A stretch of 9,749 nucleotides of DNA from Azolla caroliniana (GCA_043228905.1 JBHGNT010001334.1:1-9749); one strand, 5' to 3'. Positions 1-8,723 are shown, counted from the first letter of the stretch. A program made the numbers and translations. Notes: generated from the letters alone by a model not told the origin.

Positions 1-222
1 ACTTCTAGTATGAAGGGGAATTATGCCATACCTTCTTTTTTATTGCATAGCTTGTAGATTGTGCTCCATTTGTTCCTTATATGATATCATCTGTTTGATC
101 AGATGTTGGTATTAGCTTTTGTATTACAATAGAGGTGAGATGAAATGTCTCCTTCTGTTTTCTATATGTACATTTCTCAAGTAATATACTAAGGTGTATC
201 TTTCTTTAAAAATAAAAAAAAT

Positions 223-720
223 CTTCTACTAAATAATTTCGAGGAATTTATCAAAGAATTTAAGGCTGGCTTCAGAGATACAGATGGGGCAAGAACAACA
301 ATCGACAAGATTCGTACACTATGTCAAGGTAATAAGTTAGCATCGACATATAAAGCCAATTTCCATCTCATCGCAAGCGATATTCCTTGGGATGAACAAG
401 CCCTAATGTAGCAATTTCGTTCCAGCTTTCGTAGTGATGTGAAAGACTTACTTCTTACCTTCCTTGGTGATCCAAAATCACTTAAAGAAGCTGTTAGTTG
501 AGCAATATGGTGTGATAATCACCTTTTTGAGCATCGATGTGAGCGACAACAACAAATAACAAGATTAAGATTCACACCAACTTATGCATCTGTAACAGCG
601 CAATCATCTCCAAGGCAAACATATAGCCCTGCTCCAAGTCCAAGGCAAACACGTAGTCTAGTCCCAATTGATAGTCCTACACCCATGGAGATCGATATGA
701 CCCAACGACGAGGACCGTTA
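223..720 (+). mobile_element. Degenerate Ty3/gypsy (chromovirus, Tcn1-like) gag fragment
   Basis: Frame +1 reads LLNNFEEFIKEFKAGF...LCQG...IPWDEQALM*QFRSSFRSDVKDLLL...PKSLKEAVS*AIWCDNHLFEHR...PTPMEID...RRGPL, the retrotransposon-gag pattern ending in PMEID. Stops at 409-411 and 499-501. Boundaries approximate. Confidence 0.85.
609..668 (+). repeat. Imperfect 30-bp tandem duplication within gag (SPRQTYSPAP / SPRQTRSLVP)
   Basis: tccaaggcaaaca starts at both 609 and 639. Confidence 0.8.
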
Positions 721-914
721 TGGATAATCAATATATTACAAAGTAGCTTTTACCCTCTTATATGACAATAAACTATCTTAATGGTTGGGGTTTTCAATTA
801 TGGATTACAAGGTCCTAGGTTAAAGTGTGGGTGACGCCATAATGGCCATGTGTTCATGACAACTACAGGCTTCTTTGACATTGATTTGTAATGAACAACA
901 AGTCCCCCCAATTC

Positions 915-1990
915 CATTATTATCGTCGAAGGTCAAATATGATCTATGAGACGAAAAATATAACATTTTCACGTACTACATGTAAAACTGAGTAGTGACT
1001 CTTGAGGCTCAAGACCTTTACTAATGAATGTTGCAATTAAGAGCACACACTATGATTGTGAGGCAAATTTGTGCAAGGATTAGATGTGTGGAAAGAATAG
1101 ACGATTGTGATCAAAGGTAGAGTGAAACTGCCAAACTTTTTTAGGGAAAAATGTGCATAATTGACTACTCTCATCTCTTGTTCCTCAACACTCCATCTCA
1201 CATTGTCGTGAGTGTGACCTAAGTCGTATGAAAGAAAATTCGAATGGTAAACAACAAGGTGGGTTCTAACATCTATTTATATGATGTTCCTTGTTTGGTG
1301 AAGAATATGATTTTGTAATTAGGTGCAACATATCTACTTTAATGTGTGAAGGGTGAGCCTCCACATTTTCCCAAATGGCGTTGCATGAACCAAGTGTGTT
1401 GCACCCCATCTTCCAAACAATTTTGTATATATTGCATCCAATTGAAACACAAGTTTGCTTTTTGCGTCTTTTGGAAACCTTTCCATGGCCATGATTTTAA
1501 TGGAAAGTGAACACGTCTCAAGAAGTAGGAGCATGTATGACATTTGTTTCTTGGCTTAGAGAAACTTTGTGAGAAAATCCTTTTGGACATTTTCAAATTG
1601 TTTCCAAGTGGACTTAGGGATACTACAATACTTCCACTCCATAGAGAAGCAGTGTTGAAAATATATTTCTTAAGAACCTAAAATTTAATTTCTTCATCAT
1701 TGCATGTGTTCTCAAATGCGTAATATATAGTCTCTTTCCCCCTCTAAGCAACCTGTAGCAAATTCATTCCATCTATAATATGTGGGAACTCAAGGCCAAG
1801 TTATTTAAAACCTTCTATGTCCAATTTCAAGTAGCTCAATATTGTACATAATGCATGGTTTCCCCTTATTTTGGCTCTTCACAAGCATAATCTTTGCTTT
1901 AGAGCTACTAAGATTCGATGCAATATGCATACAAAACTCTTCCAATTCCCTCATAAGCTTTTGTGCATTTTTTAAAGTATTTGCAAAAAA
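915..1990 (-). mobile_element. 5'-truncated, degenerate non-LTR retrotransposon (RTE/RTEX-like LINE): late RT domains to the ORF end
   Basis: Minus strand reads FANTLKNAQKLMRELEEFCMH...SKAKIMLVK...FK*LGLE...YYAFENTC...LLYGVEV...FENVQKDFLTKFL...LLLETCSL...GRWG...IRLRSHS..CE...QLC, with a stop at 971-969. Many stops and frameshifts. Ends approximate. Confidence 0.82.
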
Positions 1991-2339
1991 GTATTCATAT
2001 TCACCTAGGTATTATATACTTTTCCTTATCCTTGCATGGGTTGTTAGTTTTGTCAAAATGTAGTTGTCCTTATCCTTGGATGGGTGCCTAGTAAACAACC
2101 AAGTAAAGATATTTAAGTGAGAAATGATGGACCCTCTTCCAACTCTGGATGATAATGAAGACGATTGAAAAGTGTGAACACAGGACACATTGAACACAAT
2201 AGATGAGATGAATGACTTCCAATACATATTGGACAATGTGTGGGCTGAACAAGGTAAGTATCATGCCACCATTAGCTTCCATTATGCAACAATCCTATGA
2301 TGCTTTAATAATCAACGACATATGGACAATGGTCGAGGG

Positions 2340-2665
2340 AGATAATACATTATAAATACTAATGTGTATTCACACTTAGGATAAGAACCAGAAAAAGTCA
2401 ACCCATGGACAAATAGCTTGAACATAGTCTATACTCATAAACAAAGTCATAAAATAGTGGAGATATGGTACAATGGCCTGCCATGTTATTGGGTTATATT
2501 GAGCAAGATAAGAATGAGGATGTTATACAACTCTATCCTTGAATGCTTGTGCAAGGTTTCTAACTACTATGATGACATTTTCTGGTATGTTGAAAGCATG
2601 TGGCAACGTGGGAGAATTGGTAGTCATACTGAAATCAAATTAGATGTTGAGATGGATCTTAGTTA
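2340..2665 (+). pseudogene. PLS-class pentatricopeptide repeat (PPR) gene fragment, pseudogenised
   Basis: From 2462: DMVQWPAMLLGYIEQDKNEDVIQLYP*MLVQGF, frameshift, then MTFSGMLKACGNVGEL, frameshift, then HTEIKLDVEMD. This follows the PLS consensus DVVSWNAMI.GY...G..EEAL.LY..M..EG..PD.VTF...LKACG..G......H..I...G.E.D. The upstream NTNVYSHLG resembles an S motif. Confidence 0.75.
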
Positions 2666-3060
2666 AATGAAGGATCCATGGCTAGCTATTGGGAAAGTCC
2701 TTTTTCTCTTCTTTTCCATCTATTTTGTAGTTTGTACCTGATAGGTTTTTTAAAAACTAATGGAAGGATATTTTGTTTTGAGAAAAAAAAATGTCATGAA
2801 TAGTGGAATAGGATGCAAATGTTGATACATGTTGATCTTACTCAAGCTCCCGCAACCACAAGTTTTGTTCATAACATCATGTTACTTCCCTCCCAAGGGA
2901 TCAAATTAGCAAAAGTAAAAGGCAAAATTCAAGGAATCAATAAAGTCAACGAACTTGAATCACCCAATCAAATAGAATAGATTTTTTATTGTCCAATTTC
3001 TAACATTTTAACCTTGTATTGGTGCCAACATTGGGGGTTTACCATTAGCAATGTAATATT

Positions 3061-3196
3061 GCAAATTTGACATTTTAGTATTTTGCCACTTCATCTTTAA
3101 TGCCTCTATTAATCTTCCTCAATTATCAGCAAATTTGACATTTTAGTATTTTGCCACTTCATCTTTAATGCCTCTATTAATCTTCCTCAATTATCA
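3061..3196. repeat. Perfect 68-bp tandem duplication (3061-3128, 3129-3196)
   Basis: gcaaatttgacattttagtattttgccacttcatctttaatgcctctattaatcttcctcaattatca occurs twice, identical. Confidence 0.97.
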
Positions 3197-3280
3197 CGTA
3201 CCTCATAGCATCACCTAGACAGCAACCTATTATGTAGAAGCAGTTAGTAGTACTCAAGTCTAGGAGAAGTGTACTTACTA

Positions 3281-3630
3281 TGTATCCAAAAGTTCAAAAG
3301 CTCAACATTGCAAGGTTGATTATCAAATTCTATACAAAGTGGGGATGGGAACCCACAATTTTTAAAGCTGCCTATGAACCTTTTTTTTTTACCACATATA
3401 TCATACAACTACCATGTTCTCTTTTTTTAATGTATTTTTATAACAAATAGCAGTGCAGATGTAAATGTATTACCAGTGTCCATATGCGTATTGTGTATTC
3501 AGAAGTTTCAAAGCTTATCATTGCAAGGTTGACTATCAAATGATATTATACTTGTGAATAGGGATGGGAACCCACTATTTTTCATACTGCTTATGAAATT
3601 TCACATTCTCCTTTTTCTACATTTTTATAT
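3281..3630. repeat. Old diverged direct duplication, period about 213 bp (about 3281-3440 and 3494-3630)
   Basis: Shared blocks in the same order: aaagct, cattgcaaggttga(t/c)tatcaaat, gggatgggaaccca, ctgc(c/t)tatgaa, ttctc...atttttata. Confidence 0.88.
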
Positions 3631-4135
3631 AGCACCGCATTTAAAAGAATAACATCTAAAAGAATTCCACCCATCCCTTAAATTTGGTTATTCAAAATAC
3701 TCGAACCTGTGCTCATCGTTTGTCCCCTTGATTTAGTTGGAGTCTGCAGAACCAAACCAATTCGTTAATCTCTCAACTTAATTCTCATTATCAAGTAAAG
3801 TCATATAAATAGTTACATACATTTAGACACATACACTAGAGGGCACACTATAATACACCACTCAAGGGCATTATTGTAAGTTAAACATCATCCAATCCTC
3901 CAGCACCAAGTCATCTATGTGTTGGTACATTTGCAAGTAAGGACCCACAAGGTAACCAGAATCTATGTATATTTTCCTGTACTTGTGCATGTGCCCTTGC
4001 CCTGATGTATCAATACATTATATATATAACACGTGTGTGTATATATTACCTTTAACAGCCTAATGGTTCACATGTATTAAGATTGTTCCTACAAATACAT
4101 AGTTTTACTTGAAACAGTTCATGTATATGAATGTA

Positions 4136-4337
4136 CTAAGAAAACTCTATCATACCACTACAATTTCTTGTTACCATTAACAAACATGCATTTTGTTGTA
4201 TTTCATGATACTCCAGCTCTAGTCCTTGAACTTCATCTTCAAGTTGCTTTATAGTGTGTTGGTATTGTAAAACTTCTTTACTGACTTCATCCAACTGGTT
4301 CTGCATATTCCACGATGTACCCACACACTTTTTTTCT
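4136..4337 (-). CDS. Probable terminal exon 4 of the 7TM gene, encoding a coiled-coil cytoplasmic tail
   Basis: Branch CTGAC, T-rich tract TTTTGTTTTTTTGTTTCC, then acceptor AAG|A in the phase needed by exon 3 (AG+A = Arg). Encodes EKKCVGTSWNMQNQLDEVSKEVLQYQHTIKQLEDEVQGLELEYHEIQQNACLLMVTRNCSGMIEFS-stop(TAG). AAG is a less common acceptor and the intron is 2.3 kb, so linkage is less certain. Confidence 0.68.
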
Positions 4338-4489
4338 CTTGGAAACAAAAAAACAAAATTGTCAGTATCAGAGACTAGTTGAAAATGCATCAATTAAATG
4401 CAAAACTTCCATGATTAATTATTGCATGATTCCTAGCAAGATGAAATGCAGGTTTTCGCTTGAGCTTAAACTTAAGATATTGAAAATAT

Positions 4490-5283
4490 ATTCACTTGGT
4501 TCTCACAAATAGACATCAAGCCTCAAGTAAAATTGCTTCATAACTTGCACTTATCTCTCGATTCAGAATTCACCAGAGTAGTGGACTAAACATGAATGTG
4601 GTTAAAACAAAAATGATGATACTGTGAACCATCCAACCACATCGATACCCTATTCTAACATATAAGGGAGAATAATAACAATTTGTGGAAAGCTTTGAAC
4701 CTAGGCTTCAAGCTGGTTGGAAAATTTATTATATGTTGGAGAATCAACGCAACTAAAGTAATATTGATGGATGGGAAGTGAAAAACTATTGTTATTTAAA
4801 ATCCCATGGTAATAATTCAAGTCTTGCTTTACGGAGTAGAAGTGTGGGGAGGTACTATCAATCTTAATGCATTGAAAGAGATTGAGAAGATGCCATGGAT
4901 GTTTTAAGGAGACAATTGGGAGTTAAATCCACCACCTCCTACCAAGTTATGCTCTCGGTAATAAGAGTTCAACCCATATAGACATTGGCACTACACTGTG
5001 TATACAGATACATTCCAAAAGTCAAGAATACACCAAATCATAGATTACCACATCTTGCTTGGAATGTTGGATGTAAACTACAAAGGAATCACAAGAGAAA
5101 TTTTACGCTAATCTAGTTGGGTATTTGACGTCAAAATATGGTTCAAAAAGATGGGGTGTGGAAGATCTCTTAGAGATTTCAAGGGATATTATGCAATATG
5201 TCGTTATTGATGAATGGTTAATGGAAACACTAAGGAACAAGTGGGTAGGTGCAAAAAGGGCAAAATTAAAATATGACATTGAG
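4490..5283 (+). mobile_element. Degenerate RTE/RTEX-like LINE fragment in intron 3, antisense to the host gene
   Basis: Reads GLNMNVVKTKMMI (4583)...RLQAGWKIYYMLENQ...QVLLYGVEVWGG (4818)...LRRQLGVKSTTSYQVML...RLPHLAW...WFKRWG...KLKY. Same motif order as the 915-1990 element. The 5' boundary is approximate. Confidence 0.82.
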
Positions 5284-5490
5284 GTCAGCTTTCTAGGTGT
5301 TCTCTTTAGCATGACACTCATGTCATTATCCCTCAATATGTCATCATTGCTTTCATTAATTGCACTATATGATGAGCATGTAAAAAGATAGTGATATTCA
5401 TCCTCTACTAGCCCTTGCTCGCATATTTTTCATGCCTTTATATTTGACACCTTTGATGCCATAATGCAACTTCAATACCTTGCTTGTGTA
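5284..5490 (-). mobile_element. C-terminal cysteine/histidine (zinc-finger-like) segment of a LINE ORF, opposite in orientation to the adjacent RT fragment
   Basis: Minus strand reads ICEQGLVEDEYHYLFTCSSYSAINESNDDILRD...KRTPRKL, matching the C..C....VEDE.H.L..C..Y..IR motif of LINE ORF C-termini. Confidence 0.78.
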
Positions 5491-5694
5491 ATTGAATGCA
5501 AAGGAGTGTAAGGGCTCTACAAGAGTTAATACTCATTTTAGTAATGAGATAAGGTTGAATACAATCAATAGGCATGCTTTCCTTATATTGAGCCCAACAT
5601 TTAGCGTTTTGCCTTATTCACACATTGAGACTTTGTGCTTTGAAGATGATCAAGAAACCCTGTGTACTCAGGTTCCATGGGTCAATATTGACCT

Positions 5695-6308
5695 TGTTAG
5701 ATATAATCAATGATCTATCCCCATATGTACTCTTAGAGTGCACATTTTGTGATAGCACCCCAAATGAGGAGTAGCTATTGTGCAACTTGACCATGGGTCA
5801 ATAAGGTGTCAATCTAGGAAACCGTAGATGTGTAGGACACAATGTATTTAAGAAAGAGTGAAGTAGGTTAATAGGATTGGCTAATCAAGTCAACTAGAAG
5901 AATATTTTGTGGGCAAGTTACGATGTACTTAGTCTTGAAGTATGTGTCATTGACTTAAGATAAGTACTATCTAGCACTAGCTTGTATCTACGGAGCTGGG
6001 TCATATTAAATGACAAGTCAATTGACAAAAGAGGAATCTCTCCACTACTATCAACCGACATGCACATTTAATGTTACACTCAGACCAAACAGATAATATA
6101 ATCCACTCTCTTACACAGTGGTGTGATGATTATCAGTCCCCACTAATTTTGTAGTGAGCTGGTCCAGATCCCATCTAAGCTCTAGGGTGTGAGCACATGG
6201 GTGAACTACCATTGTGAGCTACTCTCACATGTAATAGAAGTTTGTTTTTATATATCCATCTCTGTGATTGTAACTCTATATACTACTTGATTCTCAATAT
6301 TCCTAACA
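5695..6308. mobile_element. Solo LTR, 614 bp, in intron 3
   Basis: Starts TGTTAG and ends CTAACA (TG...CA with a 6-bp perfect terminal inverted repeat). Flanked by GACCT (5690-5694) and GGCCT (6309-6313), a 4/5 match to a 5-bp target-site duplication. No internal retroelement coding sequence adjacent. Confidence 0.72.
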
Positions 6309-6653
6309 GGCCTCTCTATGGATGCTAAAACATATATATCTATCACCATGCGGTTATTAAGGGATAAACACCAAAAGTATCTTTCACCTGTTTATGTATT
6401 TACGAGAATACTTTTAAGGGCTTTTAAACAGTACCAAAATATCATCTATGGTAGCAATTCTTTTGTTTGCTACTACACAAGGGCTATTCTGGCAAAAGTT
6501 TAAAAACCAATGGGAAATCTAGGATACCCAAAAAAGATTAGGGTACCTTGAGTATTTTTCCCTTTAAATTTTACAGGATCTCCATACTTTGCTTTAAGTG
6601 ATAAATGCGTAAAAAACTAAAGAACAGTTGCAGAAGATAGGTCATCTTGCTAC

Positions 6654-6896
6654 CTTTCATGCTGACTGGATGTTCGTCGAAGAATCAAACGACATCTCTC
6701 CAAATATTCATCAGGATCAACCAAGGAGTGATAAATAACCACACCATTTCTTGCCCAAAAATAGTAAAAAACAGTGCTTGCTACGGCTGCCGATAGAAAG
6801 CATCGACCCACTTCCCCGAAATAGGCTTCAGTCTGAAATGTCACCATTGCCTGCAGAGCTAGAAACAATAACAGTGTACCACCTCTTCGAATCAAC
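6654..6896 (-). CDS. Exon 3 of the 7TM gene (TM6, TM7, juxtamembrane helix)
   Basis: Acceptor TGTCAG|G, donor AG|GTAGCA; 243 nt, phase 2-2. The join reads YDEFR-LIRRGGTLLLFLALQAMVTF...GRCFLSAAVASTVFYYFWARNG...DPDEYLERCRLILRR. Confidence 0.85.
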
Positions 6897-7183
6897 CTGA
6901 CATGATTGCCAACAAGCTTTTATTTTTTATGAAAAATTTCCCAACAAACCATTATAATTAAAAAATCGTGGGAACTATGTTGCTAATCTGGAATCTTGAT
7001 TAGATTTGTAACAAAAGGAATGGCAATTCAGTATTTTTATTTAAATTCCAAATTGTGGATAGCTTGTTTTGGTATTTTTTCCAACATTATGGTGGGATAT
7101 ATTGATAACTTTATCCCTTTTAGGTTTTCAATTTAATATCCTTTATATACAGATTATGGAAGAGAGTATTCCATTAAAACAAC

Positions 7184-7363
7184 CTGAACTCATCGTACTG
7201 AGCAAATTGTTCCTTCATTGCATTTCTGAGCTTAAATGCAAAGCCGAGAAAAATGAGGAAATAAACGACCAGTAGAGTCATTAACCCATATGCTGATATA
7301 GCTCGATTAACAAACTTGCAATGCCCTATATGCTTCTCACCCCTTGATATGTCAATTTCATAA
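7184..7363 (-). CDS. Exon 2 of the 7TM gene (extracellular loop 2 with Cys, TM5, intracellular loop 3)
   Basis: Acceptor GTATCAG|T with branch-like CTGAT about 30 nt upstream; donor AG|GTTGTT; 180 nt, phase 2-2, in frame with exon 1. Encodes YEIDISRGEKHIGHCKFVNRAISAYGLMTLLVVYFLIFLGFAFKLRNAMKEQFAQYDEF. Confidence 0.85.
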
Positions 7364-7633
7364 CTGATACATTTTCCAAATTCAAAGAATACATCAGTCG
7401 TGTTTGCATTCATGGATTCACATTATATAATTCCATTTCTAGCCTTAAACCAAAGAATGAATTCAAACCATGTAAGTTCCATATGAGAGGACAGAAATGG
7501 AGCCAATAGCTATGGTCTCCATTAACTCCTATATGCTTACCCTAAGATACCTTACTCTTATTATGCTTCTTCCACGAGTCTATAAATATACATACACAAG
7601 CATATATACACACACATAAGACACCAATCAAAT

Positions 7634-7659
7634 GAGAGAGAGAGAGAGAGAGAGAGAGA
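7634..7659. repeat. (GA)13 microsatellite in intron 1
   Basis: Direct reading of the sequence. Confidence 0.95.
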
Positions 7660-7948
7660 AGAATATTGTATTTTTTAAATGACCTCTTTCTCTTTCTTGA
7701 ATCTCTAAACTCCAAAATCTATTTTTTAACTTAGTGATATGCTTTTCACAGATATGTATAAAACACTATCAAAAGAGAGAGGGGGAGATTGGCCTTGTTA
7801 TCCGAACTTAAACCTGTGTATGAATGAATTGATGAGTGTACGTACTTATGTATGATTGAGTTTTATATGCACATATGCATGTACATATGTCCCTATGTGT
7901 TTATGTGCAAACACAGACAAACAAAATCAAAATCAGAAGAGTTCTTAC

Positions 7949-8400
7949 CTGATCTCTTTCCTGACTGATCCCACAATGCAGAAGGCGACTGCGGGAAGAA
8001 GAAATGGAAACAAGAGAGCATATCCATGCTTATGGACGCTCCTCTTGCACACAAAGATTCTGTAGAGACGGATGAGGTGAAGAGTGAGGCAATTAAGCCA
8101 CAGAGCAAAGCCAAAACAGGCATCAAGCCAATAGGTCCATAAAGAGCAGAGACTTAAAATAGAGTTTTCTCTTCTCTTGAAGTGCTCGTTCACAATTAGG
8201 GTTGAAAGGATGAAGATGAGGCCACCTGCTGAGCTTAGGAGTGTGATGGGCACGCTCTTGGTTTTGATTGGGGGGAATCTCCTATTGAAGAAGATGGTTA
8301 TGTTGCCTAGTAGCATCAGGAAGGAGCCTATGGCGATGAGGCTTACTGTTGTGTAATCCAAGATTGAAGTCGGGGACGGGGATGGGGATGGAAGAGCCAT
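7949..8400 (-). CDS. Exon 1 of a 7TM membrane protein gene (7TM-RGS1-like / class C GPCR-like membrane domain), TM1-TM4
   Basis: ATG at 8400 preceded by an in-frame TGA (8406-8404). Four hydrophobic segments. CSLWTYWLDACFGFALWLNC...RLYRIFVCKR...YALLFPFLLP matches the pattern I recall for plant RGS1 TM3-TM4 (C.LW..W....GF.L...C......LY.IFV.KR.....Y..L...LLP). Ends at donor AG|GTAAGA, phase 2. Confidence 0.88.
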
Positions 8401-8544
8401 TGATCATGAGAAGGTAATAGCCCACCATCTATTGGGTGGAGAAACAGAGACATACAGAGACAGAGATAGAGACAGGACACAGAGACTCTGTGTGTGGGTG
8501 TATGTGAATGTCATTTAGTCTTGGGCTTTGACCACAGTATGTAC

Positions 8545-8576
8545 ATATGTATATATGTATGTGTGTGTGTGTGTGT

Positions 8577-8644
<68 letters not shown>

Positions 8645-8655
8645 ATGTATGTATG

Positions 8656-8686
<31 letters not shown>

Positions 8687-8692
8687 TGTATG

Positions 8693-8723
<31 letters not shown>

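Noticed and set aside
1334-2063. ORFs 1334-1543, 1339-1596 and 1842-2063
   Set aside because: Frameshifted pieces or antisense shadows of the degenerate LINE.
3061-3630. CRISPR-like array or prokaryotic system
   Set aside because: The repeats are two-copy duplications without spacers, and the context is intron-containing eukaryotic DNA.
3870-3995. Minus-strand frame KIYIDSGYLVGPYLQMYQHIDDLVLEDW as a possible RGS remnant
   Set aside because: Only superficial resemblance to the RGS YI..G segment; short, and lacks the other RGS motifs.
5103-5391. Overlapping opposite-strand ORFs 5103-5336 and 5125-5391
   Set aside because: Each is a LINE fragment reading across the inversion junction.
5492-6503. 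ORFs 5492-5713 and 6318-6503
   Set aside because: Short, intronic, no recognisable motifs; the first runs into the solo LTR.
7069-8126. ORFs 7069-7275(+), 7856-8065(+) and 7893-8126(-)
   Set aside because: Antisense or alternate-frame shadows of exons 1-2 with no independent coding signal.
8477-8493. Small palindrome acacagag-a-ctctgtgt
   Set aside because: Expected by chance where AG/AC-rich and TG-rich simple repeats meet.
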